Shown here in pieces: positions 35,914 to 49,415 of a DNA stretch of 64,000 bases. How positions within the stretch are numbered: the first letter of the stretch is position 1; each line of letters starts with the position of its first letter. The position numbers and the translations under genes were made by a program. Source of the stretch: Felis catus (lineage: Eukaryota); NCBI RefSeq assembly GCF_018350175.1, contig NC_058368.1:134914001-134978000 (forward strand), in the 5' to 3' direction. The notes beneath the pieces are model-generated. The model was not told the origin of the DNA. It saw only the letters and a program-made list of their open reading frames with translations, and did not search any database.

Positions 35914-38199
35914 AAAAAAGTAATCCTGAGATTAGGGATGAGGCCGAGATGACCATTTTTAGTATGTATATGCAAACCTTAAGGTTTCAGACAGTGAAAT
36001 AATTTAAAGATAAAAAAAAAGATCTATGTAAAGATTGGAAAGGAAGAAGTAAAACTGTCATTTTTCACAATGACATAATTGTGCGTGTAGAAAAATCAAG
36101 GTTTAAAATATTAGAGTAAGTGAATTTAGCAAGGTCCCTGGATACAAGATCAACATAAAAAAGCTCAATTATATGTCTATAACTTAGCAAGATACAAGTT
36201 GAAAATAAAATTCTTAAATTATATAACTAAAAATAGAATTAAAAACTTTTAAGTATCTAGGAACAAATCAAATTTTAGAAAAATGTAAAACATCACCAGA
36301 GAAAAATACAAAACATGAATGAAGGAAATAAAGGAAGATCTAAGTAAATGAAAAGATAGGTCAGTTTGGGATTGGACTACCGAATACAGTAAAACTACCA
36401 ATTTCCCCTAAATTAACCTTCAGATACAATAAAATCCCAATCAAAATCCCGGAACTTCTTTGCGGAAACTGACACATAGATTCTAAAATGTAAAAGGGAA
36501 ACATTAAGGCCCAAGAGCAGCAAAAGACAAATGTGAAAAATATCAAGTTAGAGGATCCGAACTACTAAATATCAAGGTCTTACAAAGCGACAGTTCTTTA
36601 AAGAATATAAAAACAAACAAAAATGGTGTGTATTGAGGCAAGAATAGAAAAACAGATGAAGGAAGAGAGTCCAGAAATAAACGTATACATACTTGACATC
36701 TGTTTTTATAGTAAAGTTGCCATGGTACTATAGTAGAAGGAAGGAGGGTTTTTTTCAATGAATGATACCCTGTCAATTTCATATCCATCCAGAAAGACAC
36801 GAACCTTGACCTCCACCACACACCATGCACAAAAATCAATTCTAGATGCATTTTAGATCAAAAAGGAAAATAATAAAGCTTTTAGCAGGTAACATGAGAG
36901 AATCTTCATGAACTTGGCAGAAGAAAACTGAACCACCCCTGCTTAAATAAATACCTGGCTCGGATGCATATGCGAGCTCTGCTGTGTAGAGTCATCTCCA
37001 TTTTTCTAGCTCTCTCTCCTTATGCTCTTTTCTCAACTTTTTATTTATCCAATTTTCTCTTCTTTCTCACGTAGTTCAGTGCTCACACTGTCAAGTGTTC
37101 TCAGCTTTGGTCGCGTGTGTTGGTTATGCCAGTTTTATCATGGCAGGGCTCATCATTTGGTGCTCCAATCTCCAGTAGTGTCCAAGTGAATAGGCCCTAA
37201 GTAACTGAGCACTTCAGGTGGTCCCAAATGGCTCTGAACCTCTGCTCTGCTCTCTGCCCTCTCCATGACACTGTGTTTCAGTCCCTCTATTCATCTAAAT
37301 GTTCAGAAGTCTGACCTTAGCGTCACCTAAAGGCAAAGTACCATACCAGGCATAATTCAGGCCGCAAAGTCACGTGGTCTCATCTTACGCTCTAAAAGAG
37401 TTTATAATCTCATAACAGAGATATGTGACAACAGAGTTATTTTATATTTCAGGGAAGTGTGGGCTGAGTGTCATGGAAATGGGCATGATAGAAGGGATTC
37501 TTTCAGTCTAGGCTAATCAGGAAGGGCATTTGGACTAAGTGACATCCAAGATAGGTCTTGAAGATTATAATTAGGGCATTCCGGGCACAGCGAAAACCTC
37601 ATGAGCATTGTTTGAACTGATGAGCTCTGTTTCCTGCATAAATGTATGAACAGATTTTTTCTGGAGTAGACTTTGTATAACCAGGGAAGAGACCTTGCTG
37701 GGGCCATCAACCAGGTTCTCCTGGAAGAACAGAATAGATGGAGTGGTTGCTTCTGTGTGGATCCTACAGCTTTTAAATCTGAGCTGTCAAAGGATTATGT
37801 TCGCAGAAGCTCTTATCTTTCGTATACGTAAGACGTCTTTTTTACGCTTGTCCCTTCCAGCTCAGGGGAAGAAGGTAGTGCAACACTCGTGTTTGGGTGC
37901 TATTTATGAAATCTTCTACTGCCTTTGTGAAATTAAAGAAAGAAGTTGTGCTGTTTTTATAAGAGTTGAAAGAAAAAGTTGAACAGTAATAGTCCAGATG
38001 AGGTTTAAGATTCATGTTGGAGATTAGTGGGAGTTTAGGAACAGAGGAGAGGGCCCTGATTCCTTACTGTTGGTGTAACAAAGTGCCTCGGATACAAACT
38101 CAAATGCCCATAGGGAGCACTGAGCTAAAAGAAGCCGGTGGGTGGGCTGGAATGTAAAAATAGCAACAGTACCAATGAGATGAGAAGTGGCAATCGACA

Positions 38200-38320
38200 C
38201 CTGGGTTGTAATAAGACAAGTTCTTGGGCCCAACCCCCACTTACCGAATCACAAACGCTGGGGTGGGGCCCAGCAATCTCCAGATGGTTCTGATGGATAG
38301 TAACGTCTGAACGGCACTGC
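38200..38320. mobile_element. MER5A-like fragment
   Basis: taccgaatcacaaacgctggggtggggcccagcaatct...ggttctgatg. Confidence 0.55.
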
Positions 38321-38605
38321 TGTCAGGCAGAGTCAGAGGCCAACTGATGAGCTCCCACTCCATGTGAAGGACAGACTTCTTTCAGCTGTATTTGACTTTG
38401 CCTTATAGGACATGGAACCTAGGTTTCTAGGCCTTCCAATTTTGTAAGGAGAAGTCATACATCTAAATTTTTCTGTGACATCTCCTTTTAAAGCATTGGC
38501 CCTAAGTAAATAAGCAACCAAAAAGCTGTGGTAACCTAATATAACCATGGTCAACATTTTACCATGAGCTACTAGTTTGCAATCTGTAGTAAAGGGAAAA
38601 AGCAT

Positions 38606-38808
38606 GAATTTATTTTTTTTAATTTATTTTTGAGAGAGAGAAAAAGTATGAGTGGGGGAGGGGCTGAGAGAGGGGGGGAGAGAGAGAACCCCCAGCAGTC
38701 TCTACATCGTTAGCAGAGAGCCTGATGTGGGGCTCGAACCCACGAACCATGAGATCATGGCCTGAGCAGAAGTTGGATGTTTAACTGACTGAGGCATCCA
38801 GGTGCCCC
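38606..38808 (-). mobile_element. CanSINE, followed by a MIR 3' part (~38810-38905, +)
   Basis: Antisense SINE ending catccaggtgcccc; then tcatagggtccttatgaagg...gctcaataaatg. Confidence 0.9.
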
Positions 38809-40011
38809 AACAGTACCTGTTTCATAGGGTCCTTATGAAGGTGGAGTGAGGTAATGTGTACAAAGAACTTATTAGCAGGTGCTCAATAAATGATATCATT
38901 ATAATTCTTCTGGTCAAGCACGGGACTCGCTGGGACTGCTGGCAAAAGGAAAGCACTAAACGAGGGAGTAGGGAATTTGTTGGCTTGTTTGCGCCAAGTA
39001 CTCCTATGCAGTATCCAGAGCATGCGGCAGTCTCATCCAAGGACCGCGCTGGGCTAATAGTAGGAAGGGGGTAGTTGGATGGGTTTGACCCAGTAGAAGA
39101 TTCCCATAATCCACCACAAAATTCTGGACAATCTGCTCACCTACGGCCAGAAGCCAGCCTGGTTGGGAGTAGGAAACCTGGCAAGTCTTAAATTCCTGGG
39201 AGCCGAAATAAGCAGGCTATGTTCAAAACAAGCTGTTGAGAACAGCCAGGTAACCTGTGACAGGGGCTCAGAAGCATCCAGAAGCCAGTATGTCTGAGGG
39301 TGTGGGGAAAGGGGAAGTAGAAAAAAAGATAAAAAAGTGTTGTGACCTGGAGGCTAAGTTGGCATCCAGGGCCTATGCGAGGTGGACCAGATACCAGGTT
39401 TGTGGGCAGCCACGATTAACTCTAGGCCCTATATCTGGAGGGGCTGAGGCAGCTGATACATTTCCTGTCTTAATCTAGACCAGCTCAGCTTCTGGGCATG
39501 AATGAGCCTGTATGTGGTAGGCAGTGGAGACTCTTGTGAGTGGCTGGGAAAGCTTGGCAGATGGCGTGGGCAACGGGATATCATTTTTTTAGGAAGATGC
39601 CACAGTGCTAATTAAAAGAGTCAACTTTGGGTCAGAGTGTAGGATGCACTGGATGAGGAGTCGGGGGGAAAAGGCTGGTCTTGGCCACAGATGACAGAAT
39701 CTCACCACTTGGGCTGTAGATCCTCTCAGCTATACTCACAACAGAGAACTTTAACTGATTAAAATACTGTATTCTCCTCTGCTGATCCCAGACAAAGCAT
39801 CAACATGTCTCAAAACTCTGCTCCAATTCCAATAGATGGAAGCTGGCATATAAAGTCCTGGGGGCCAGCGGGTACTGGGTGATGATAGTTAGTGCCTACC
39901 TTTTTGACTAGGGCGGGGGCAAGCATGAAGACAGCCAGGTCAAAGGTCACAGTAAATGTTCAAATCTTAAGAGTGGGAGAAGATTTGGTGCTATTAAGAA
40001 AAGCAGTCTCT

Positions 40012-40231
40012 GGGGTCCCTGGGTGGCTCAGTCAGTTAAGCATCCGACTTCAGCTTAGGTCATGATCTCACAGTTTGTGAGTTGGAGCCCCGTGTCGGGC
40101 TCTGTGTTGACACCTTAGAAACTGGAGCCTGCTTTGGATTCTGTGTCTCCCTCTCTGTCTACCCCTTCTCTGCTTGTACTCTGTCTCCCTTTTTCAAAAA
40201 TAAGTAAAACATTAAAAAAAATTTTTTTTAA
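40012..40231 (+). mobile_element. Felid CanSINE
   Basis: ggggtccctgggtggctcagtcagttaagc head, CT tract, A/T tail. Confidence 0.93.
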
Positions 40232-41532
40232 GGTTTTTTTTGTTTCTTTTGAAACAAACAAAAAACATAGAAGCAACCACCCCTCAAAGAATTCAGAAAA
40301 GCGAGCAGGTTGATGGACGAAAGATGATGAAGTCACCTTTGGAGATCCTGGCAGAACAAGGAGGAGGGGGGTGTCCATCAAGCCTTTTGACAGGTCAGAT
40401 GCTTCTCCAGCAGCCACCGCTTTTAAATGTGGCATCCCTGTGTGCGATGCTTTGGGACAATGCAGACAATGAGTTGGCTACTGGGTCCCTGAGAAGTTCA
40501 GGAGATAACGAGGTGTAGGGACACCCACACATGACTAATAAGGACATGTATAACGCAAACAAGTCAAACAGAAACCACACACGCTTATTTTGGGAGGAGG
40601 TGACAGACGGACGAAATGAAGCAAGTCAGGTCGCTGAAGATGGAGCTCGAAGAAGTTCTGAGCAGGAGCACAACGCTGGGGCCAGAATACGCTCACAGTT
40701 GTTCCATCCGCATGGGGAGTTGACCAAAAAGGACATTCTCGTGGCCTGAGAACACAAAAACAATCGCTGATGTCATCGTCTGACAGCACTGATTCGTGAA
40801 GCATCAACAGTATTCTTCGCATCGCGCCACTTGTCGAAAATCTTGTCCTTTCAGAGGAACCCACAGACGCATCAGTGAGCGAGAGGTGGCTAATACAGCA
40901 CAGGAAGCGCTCAGAGGCCAGTATGCACAGAAAGATACAGGCACCCGCAGCAGAGTCTAGCTTACCGCGAGAGGGGGAGCATGGTAGGGGCCCTCGTAGG
41001 GATGAAGGTAGAGCTGCAATGAGACCAAACTCAAAGGACCCATTCATTTATCCATTATGTCCAATCCCATGCAGAGTTTCCCAGGCCTCCGAGGTATCGC
41101 CCAGCAGGGGCAGAGAAGCGCGTAGGTGTGGAGACCCACTCAGGGTGGGCTCTTTAATGCAGTTCCTCAAGCTGGATCCTGGCAACCGGCCAGAGAGTTT
41201 TGGATCACCTTTTATTTATTTAGACATTCATTCATTCATTTTTTTTTTTTTTCCCAGGGAAGCATCACAGAGCATTTATAGCTTAAACTATTGTAATTCT
41301 CTTATGCTGGCTGGTTTCCAGAATAAGCTGACTGAATAAACTCACCACCTTTCAGGGGAGTCACTCCAAGGAATCTTTACGTACCGATCTCCGCAAAAGT
41401 CTTCTGTACCAGGAAAATTCAAGGGAAGTGCATCTCAGAAAGCTGTTAATACTGCGGGTTTTTTGCTCGTTGCTGGGTATCCCTGTTGAGTCTCTCATTT
41501 TCTTTAAACTACATTTTGTCTTCTGTTTGGTA

Positions 41533-42160
41533 ATTTTTATTTTTAAATGCGGTAAAAAAACACCTAACACAAGGTTTCCTGCCTCAGCCATTTTTAAGTG
41601 CAGCGTTTGGTAGTGTTAAATACATTCCCATTATTGGGCAACTGGTCTCCAGAACTTTCTCATCTTGCAGAATTGAAACTGTAATACCCATTCAACAACA
41701 ACTCCCCATCTCCTCCTCCCCTGGTCCCTAGTAACCACCATTCTCCTTTCTGTTTCTATGAATCTGACAACTTCAGATCTCACATAAGTGGAAGCATACA
41801 GTATTTATCTTTTTGTGTCGGGCTTATTTCCCTTAGCCTAACATTTGCAAGGTTCATCCCTGTTGTAGCAGGTGTCAAAATATCCTTCCTCTTTAAGGCT
41901 GAATGATATTCCACTGCATGTCCATACCACATTTTGCTTATCCATTCATCCATGACTGGATATTTGGGTTATTCTACCCCTTAGCCCTTATAAATAATGC
42001 TGCTATGAACATGATGGTGCAAACATCTCTTCAAGATCCTGCCTTCAGTTTTTTGGCTCGATTCCCAGAAATGGGACTGCTGGGTCATATGGTAGTTCCA
42101 TTTTTGATTTTCTGATGAACTGCCACACTGTGTTCCTTAGCAGCTGAACCATCTTACATT
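41533..42160 (-). mobile_element. L1MB-type LINE-1 3' end
   Basis: ctccagaactttctcatcttgca...aaccaccattctcctttctgtttctatgaat...aaggctgaatgatattcca...aataatgctgctatgaacat. Confidence 0.88.
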
Positions 42161-43989
42161 TAGTATCAGTCAGGGCTGGGTGTACCGCTCCCCCCGCCCC
42201 CCACTCCCCCAGAGCTCCTGGACCACCGACCTAACTCCTGACAAGGTGAAGGCCTCATCCCCTGGCAGTCCTTTGTGGAGCAGGAGGCTGTTGTCCTCAC
42301 AGGGACAGAGAAAAGGCTAGGATACCTTCAATAGGGGTATAGCAATCCTGCCATAGAACTGAATCATAGTATGAGGCCCAAGCATAGGATGGATTCACCC
42401 ACTAAGCACCATCTCACCTGCCAAATTCCCAAGTGATCTCTGCTTCTTCCAGAGAATAGTCCGTCCATGTGTCTGAGAACCCTGCAACATTTGAAAGCCC
42501 ACTCCAGATGACATGATAACCTTAGCATTTGATGACACCAAGATTTTCAGGAGTATACTATTAAATTCTTTCCCCCCGCTCCCCAGATTTCCAATATTGA
42601 TCCCTACCTATCTCTGCCTCTACTGCCATAGTTTTTGTAATGCCATCATTGTCCCTAGAGAGAGGTTCCCTTTTCCCTTAGATATACTCATCTAGAAGAC
42701 TGGGAATTCTCCTCTTAAAAAGAACAGTGAGTTTTGCCATCAGGAGAATTAGACAGACCTACCCCTGGGGTGGGGAGGTGAGAGAATGAGAACCTTAGAG
42801 ATATATAAAATACTAATCTTTATATGACAAAAGGTTATATCCTCTAGAGTAATGAGAATTTCATAATGACTAACGTTCTTGAGAATGGGACAGAACAAGA
42901 AGTCAAATGCAAATACTCAGAGCTGACAACTCCATGCACAATACAAGAAGCTTCAGAGCACTGGTCAAGGTTTGGGACACTTGGAAAACTACACATCTGC
43001 CCATATAATCCGATAAAAGCAAAAAGGAGGTGATCCTGACACTCTGCTACACCACCAGAGAATTTTGTGCCTGGCCTGCTCAAAGATGTCCTTCTTCCCA
43101 CTTTGGTTCACCTTCGAAACGAGCGAGACCTAACAGTTCCCCAGAGACCCAGTTCTTCACTTAGGGCCCCAGAGACCAGATAAGAAATCGGCCTATCTGC
43201 ACAATGTTTGAGAACCCACAGCAGCAAAGATCAAGAAGGCAAACTGTTCCATTTTCCCTGACCCCAGGGGCTATGTACACTATAACCTACAGTGACTAAG
43301 ATTCCTTTGAGAATGTGGCCTTCTACTCAGGGACGGTAGATGCCCTACCATAGGTGTGAGGTGGGGGATGCATATCTCCTAGTCCCACTTCAGTTTTGCG
43401 TGCCCCAGTGCCTGTGACAGAGTGAGCATCTTCCAACGCGACGTGTGCTTTTCACATATATTTTCGCATATGTTTTTCATTTAACCTGGCTCCTGAAATG
43501 CACCAAGGAAAGGGTCTTTCTTCTATTGCAGTATTGGGTGAAAAGTTGTTTGTGCTACATTTTTCAAGAAACCACACATCAGTCTTCAGCAGGGGATGAT
43601 AGTCTAACTTTCATGTGACTTTTCTAGGCTTATCGGACTTTAGAACCGATGCCCAACGTTTCATGCAATTCTACCGGAATCATCTCTATAGGGTGTTCTT
43701 TCGTCTTTTTGATGCTCATTTTTCTCATCTGTGTATGGAGAGGTGGACAAAGACATCTCAAATATTCCTGCAATATTCAGTGATTCCGCTGGAGAAGGAG
43801 GAACTGTAGGAAATAGCTGTCAGTAAAAAACCACAAAAGAACTTCTGCCCTTTCTTGCTTTTATTCCCTCCTTGCAGGTGTCTTTTAGAGAAGCAAGTGG
43901 TAGGAGTCCCAAATAAGAAAGCACACTAAAATGCTTAAAATGGTGGTATCCAAGGGCTCCTCTAGCATTGACTTGATAATTCCCGAGGC

Positions 43990-44124
43990 AAAGAGTCTTA
44001 CTGTTGGGTAGCTTACCATTCTTCCTGTTAGAAAAAGTCTTCTGGACCTTAATCTTGACTTATCTCCCCCTACCTTTTACTTATTCATTCAAGTCCTCTC
44101 TATGAGGATTATATGGAACAAGTT
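43990..44124 (-). mobile_element. L3/CR1 LINE fragment
   Basis: ctgttagaaaaagtcttct...tctccccctacc...ggaacaagt resembles antisense L3. Confidence 0.45.
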
Positions 44125-44614
44125 GACTTGCTTAAATATGCATCAACTTGCTTAAATATGCATCGTGTGGTGTATGTACGTGTGTGTACATACACTAACA
44201 CCTTCATACTAGATCCCTATAATTGTGTGTGGCCCATCGTGGGGTGGGTCTCAATGCATTGGTAGATTTTATGACACCAGAAAGACCAGTATTATGAGTG
44301 AGGCTGATGTAATTTGGTGAACTATAATTTATGGGAACTCTTTACAGGTTAAATAGGGGAATAAAGGAGGTGGTTAACAAAAGCAAATTGTCTACTCACA
44401 CGTTCCTCTTATTAAATTGACTTATAACCAATAGTGCATTTTTTGACAAAAGTCATTGTCCTCTATGGTGGAAAAATTTCTTCTCTACTTTCTTTCTTTC
44501 TTCCTCTTCTGTTCCCAGTTCAGGCTTTGGGTCAAATGTAGTCTTTGCTACTACCAAGTAGCTGTGTGACCCAACATAAATGTCTTCATGTCTCTAATCC
44601 TCCACTTTTCTATT

Positions 44615-45110
44615 TGTGGAGGCAGAATAATGGCTCCCCAAAGATGGCCCCTTCCCAATCCCTGAAAACTGTGACTACGTTAGGTTATATGGTAAAGAGA
44701 AATTAAGGTTGCATATGGACTTAAAGTTGCCAGTCAATTGACCCTGAGATGGGAAGACTATCCACAGTGATCCACATGGGCCCACAGTAATCACAAAGGA
44801 CCAAGAAGGCAGCAAAGGTCAGAGGGGTGTGATGTGATTTAAAAAAACTCAGCCAGTCTTTGCTGGCTTTGAAGATGGAGGGAGGGTACCATGTGCCTAG
44901 GAATATGAGTGACCTGTAGAAGCTGGAAAAGGCAAGAAAATGACTCTTCCCTACAGCCTTCAAAAAGGACTGCCACCCTTCGGACACACCTTGGTGTTAT
45001 TCCAGGGAAACCTGCATCAGACTTCTACAGAAGTATAAGATAATACATTTGAGTTGTTTTAAGGTACTACATGGGGTCCTTTGTTATAGCAGCAATAGAA
45101 AACTAATGCA
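44615..45110 (+). mobile_element. MaLR solo LTR (MLT1D-like), full length, inserted in a MIR
   Basis: tgtggaggcagaataatggctccccaaagatg start; gctggctttgaagatgg; tttgttatagcagcaatagaaaactaatgca end. Confidence 0.9.
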
Positions 45111-47512
45111 CTCTCTCTGAAATCCAGTTAATAATGGTATCCATCTTAAAATGATTGCCTAGACAGTTCAGGTAACCTCCACTGCCTGTTACTTACCAAG
45201 TACTCAGTATATAGGTACTGTTATTTTTAAGCCTCCTCCCAACTTAGCCCAAAGCCAAGGGTGATGGTACATTGGAGGCTCCATTGCAAATCCTACTATG
45301 AATGGGCTTGCCAGCAGCCACTCTCCTGGAGCCAGTTGACAGCAGGAGAAATCACAATCCTTTCAAATCCATTTGGCCAGGGCTGACTGTCTGCCAATTT
45401 TCTAAAGGGATTTTCATTTTTAAATTAAAGTGATAGATCTACCTGTCTGCATCTTTATGACTGTGGGAGGAAGCTTCACGCCCAAGAGCCAACTTTGCTT
45501 TCCCTACGTATTCATTCCTGTTTTAATTTGTATATTTTAAAAAGAAGCCATGGATAACTCAGCTTTAAAGTAATTCCCTGTCTATAAGCTTTTAAAACCT
45601 TACTTGGGGAAAACAACAGCTCATATCATGGACAAGTTCAATGAAAAGAGATGGTATTTCCGGCAGGGTAGAGAATAGATCCAACACTTTCTGGGAAACT
45701 TCTCTCTTGGCCCTTTGCCTGACCACCACACTCTCTATAGTCACCACCTCCCCCCCATTTTGCAGTTACCCCAATATTCCAAGAAATTGCCCAATTCTAA
45801 GGACTTTCAAACCCTTAAGTCAAAGTATGGTTCCATACGCCTTAGGTAGAAGCAACAAAAGGGCAAAATCCTTACAGGGGACTTCTTTCTCTTTGGTTAC
45901 ACGAAACAATGTTAATGTAACATTTAGGGTGGAGACTTTACATGCTAAGTCAGAAAAGCTTTATTTATGGCCCACACAGCTGTACTCGCCTCCCTCTTGA
46001 TCATTTGGGGATTATCCTATAGGCCTAACCTTAGTGCTATGCTAGCCCTTATTTGGATTCCTTTAATCCCAATTCCATCTCACCATTTGCATTTGTTGTC
46101 TTTGGCAGAGAAATTTTAAAAAGAAAGAGAACCATTGTTGATGGCACGTTCAAGTCAACATAGTATTCACAGGGACAGGGGTGTGGTGGCAGATGCAAAT
46201 CAAGAAGTCTGCTTTGGTAATGGGGTAGGGGAAGCAGGGGAAGCTGCTGGCTGGTCTGTGTGGGGTTTTTCTTTTCTGATTTTGGATGGGTCAGATGTTT
46301 CCATTCCTTTCATGCTGTTGGTACATGTACATGCATGTTTGTGGAAGATTAACATTTCAGAGAATGGTATGATTTTCACATTTTATTTCTGTAGTTTCCA
46401 TGAACAAGAAGCAATGAAAAAGTCTCTTGGGATCATTTGATTTTTCCCCCCCACTCCCACCAGCAGCCTACTTAGAGGGCTGTAAGAGTCCCAAGGGACT
46501 TCTCATCCCTATTCCCAGTCAGTGGAACCTTTATTGGCTTATTGTGCTTCCTATCTGGGCCCCACAGAGATAGTGAGACAGAGCCAACTAGGATGAGCCA
46601 GGGAAATAGATAGCAAAAGTGAGGAAAGATTCTGGAAGTGAGCCATACCTGGAAGGAATATGGGAATGGGATGTAATTGTATAGAAAAGAGAAGGGCTTT
46701 TGTGAAGAGAACCTTAATTAAGGAAGGAAGAAGAAGAGAGAGTTCAGTGTATATTGTCTGAAGGACAGAACACAGTCACTCCCTCCTTCAGAGGACCCAG
46801 CTCTAAGGAAAGGACTTGAGTGACAACAGGGTGCATGGAGTTGAGACATAAAGATTCTTACAGCCATGAGGACAGGGAGGGGTGGTTTCATTTATTTTTC
46901 TAGGTAGTGCATATATATTTCAGACGGGTAGTTTTCTTTGTATTCTGTTATAATGCAATTCACACTAGATAGGGGGAATGACTCTCTCATGAATTCCTCC
47001 AAGCTTCTCAGCCAGAAGAAGCCTGAATTCTACAAGTTTAACCTTAAAATATATTTATGTAAAAAAATTTTTTTAACTGAAGGAAAGCAACACATTTACC
47101 AACACAACATGCTGAGAGAGTGTATTGCCTTCACTTTGAGAAGTGGGAAACTCAAACCTAAAAAGCATGAACATTCTTTTTTTCCTCCACATATAAGCTG
47201 AATTAAACCATTTTTGTTTGTTTACTTGTTTGTTCGGTTTTTGCTAGTTTTCCAACATTGACTCTGGATTTGATCTCTGGCAGTGCAGAAAAAGCTAAAA
47301 TAGAACTGACATTTAAAACTTGCCATGCCCTGAATCTTCTTTGGTTATAGTCTTCTCTTTGTTGAATAATGTGCTTTTACTAAGAATGAATAATATTCAA
47401 GGTAATCTTACAGATAACTATTTTCTCTGTACCAAGGGAAACCACAATGCTCAAATGACAAAACCATCGGTGTGTGTTTTCATTATGTTATTGTGGTGGG
47501 ATGGAGGAGGGA

Positions 47513-47895
47513 AGGGTGCATTCTGAAATGGGGGGAAGGCTGCTAAAAATTGCAAAAAACTGGGGTGGTCGGAAAAATGCTGTACTTATTGTAAGATAAT
47601 TTGAAGGGTTTGGTGTAAAAAGTGGCTGCACCTAATATCAAGGTTTCAAAATCAAGTTCACTAAGTTCCCATTGTGTATCCTCAAAAAGAAACCAATATA
47701 TCTGCTGCTATCAGAGAGCTCAGGCCTATGGAACAATTGGAGGCGAGACAGGATTCAATCGCCCTTCCTTCTCCACGCTCCAACTACAGTGTTACAACAT
47801 GATATAGATTTGCCTCCCTGCCATGAAAATTGGAATGCAGTGGCCCTTTGCTTCCAAAATAAATAAGAGTTAGGTTTCCCAGCATTTCCCGTCTT
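47513..47895. mobile_element. Candidate ancient conserved repeat (MER121-like)
   Basis: ~380-bp block with gggtgcattctgaaat, taatttgaagggtttggtgtaaaaa and ttcactaagttccc that I associate from memory with MER121; not verified. Confidence 0.35.
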
Positions 47896-49199
47896 TTCCA
47901 GGTTCATTCCAGGAGCTTGGCTTTAAACAAGATCAAACATGCACACAGCTGAAACCAAACTGGGTACTATGGAAATGTGGAAAGGGTGGACTTAAATCTT
48001 AGCTCTTCAAGACAGTCTAGATTCATTCCACAGCAAATGTTACTCGCAGCTGCTGCTCTCCTGGTAAACAGAAGAGAAAAGAAGAAAGAAGTTATTATCT
48101 GTCTATTTAAACTATCCCAAGTTGAGGGGCCAATAGGTAATATGGTCACCATGCAGCATGATTTTTTTCTTTTTTTAATTTTACTTGACTGGAAACATTG
48201 CCTATGCCTGTCTTCTGAACGAAGAGAAAAACAACTTCACTTGTTAAACACTTGGTTTAATTCCACCTTGGACATATCTACAGCAGAATTAGGACTGGAA
48301 TCTGAGTCTATTTCTCCAACTTAAATTCACCATTCACTAAGTTTCCTTGTAATGTTGGTGACTGATGCAGGAAAACCACTACTATAATTCATGAGACCTC
48401 TTTGTCATCTTTAAGGATAAAACTTATTTAAGAAATGAGAGAACCAGGCAATGTGCATTTGGAGAATTATCATTACCCTTAAAGGCCTGCTTATCTAAGC
48501 CCTTGAAAGGTAAGTGATGCTCTGACCTCAACTCAAAACACAGGCATTAGGAGTTAGACACCTCAGAGGTTGCCTGACTCGAACCTTTCCATTCACTACA
48601 AATGAGGAAGCTGAGTTCTAGAAGGGATATCATGTCCTTCCAGCATTTTCTTAGGGGGGTTTACTTTCTCTTCCCTCCATGTAACTTTAATAGCTCAAGA
48701 AGCTACCAGCACTTGGCACAGAGTGAGAGAGAGGATGGTCTGGGTGGTCAACGTTGAGAGGTCAGATAAGAGGTCAGAATAAGGGGAATTTTGCCCAAGA
48801 CTGCTGCAGGAAGCTGACAAAGCCACAAAATCATAATTCACTACACTCTCATATCCTATTTATAAAGGTCCTGTCAAGAATGGCCCATGATTTAGAAAGG
48901 AGCACAGATTGAGAAGTGCTTCCATGTTAAGCTGTTCCAAGGCATTTGGTAGTGGTTCACCCCTGATCTCCAAATCCTGGGTTCTAGATGAATTTCCTAA
49001 GCAAAGACATTTGGTCTGCCTATGTGTGTGAGTCACTTTCTTTCTCTGCCACTGGTCATATCAACTGTTGTTGTGGTACGTGACCTTCAAGCCCAGTTAG
49101 GGTTTACTCTAGGGTGACTGAGGAGTAGTCAAGAAATAGTCTGTGACTAAGCTAGAAGAAGCCCAAAGAGCAGTGAGGGGTGTCTGATCTAGACTTGCC

Positions 49200-49415
49200 A
49201 CTTCAAGGGGCTTCTACTGACCAGCAGCATCAGCCTCTTTGGGAGCTTGTTAGAAAAGGAGAATCTGCAGTTTCTCAAGATCTTTGAGAGGTGGTGCCTG
49301 GTCCCATTCCCAGAGATTCGGATTTAATTGGTCTGGGTTTGTGACGTGGGTAAAGAGCTTTCAGAAGGTTCCCCAGGCACTGCTAAAGGGCAGCCATAGC
49401 TGAGGACGGCTATAG
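49200..49415. mobile_element. MER5A/MER5B-like fragments
   Basis: accagcagcatcagcctctttgggagcttgttagaaa and cccagagattcggatttaattggtctggg. Confidence 0.7.

Larger units (their letters stand above)
33490..36925 (+). mobile_element. Ancient L1M relic covering degraded ORF2 (endonuclease to C-terminal region) with nested insertions
   Basis: Translation KNDLSFYLKKLEKEQQIKPK resembles L1 ORF2; gacccacatggcttcaacagtgaattct, ggaaaggaagaagtaaaactgtca, ggatacaagatcaacata and cacaaaaatcaattctagatg are L1 ORF2 landmarks; many stops and frameshifts. Confidence 0.88.

Noticed and set aside
40535..41339. Overlapping 170-aa and 154-aa ORFs over the CpG-rich patch
   Set aside because: No recognisable homology; CpG gain removes stop codons and lengthens chance ORFs
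43840..43880. Strong isolated splice acceptor ttttattccctccttgcAG
   Set aside because: No convincing donor or reading frame downstream; such pseudo-acceptors are common
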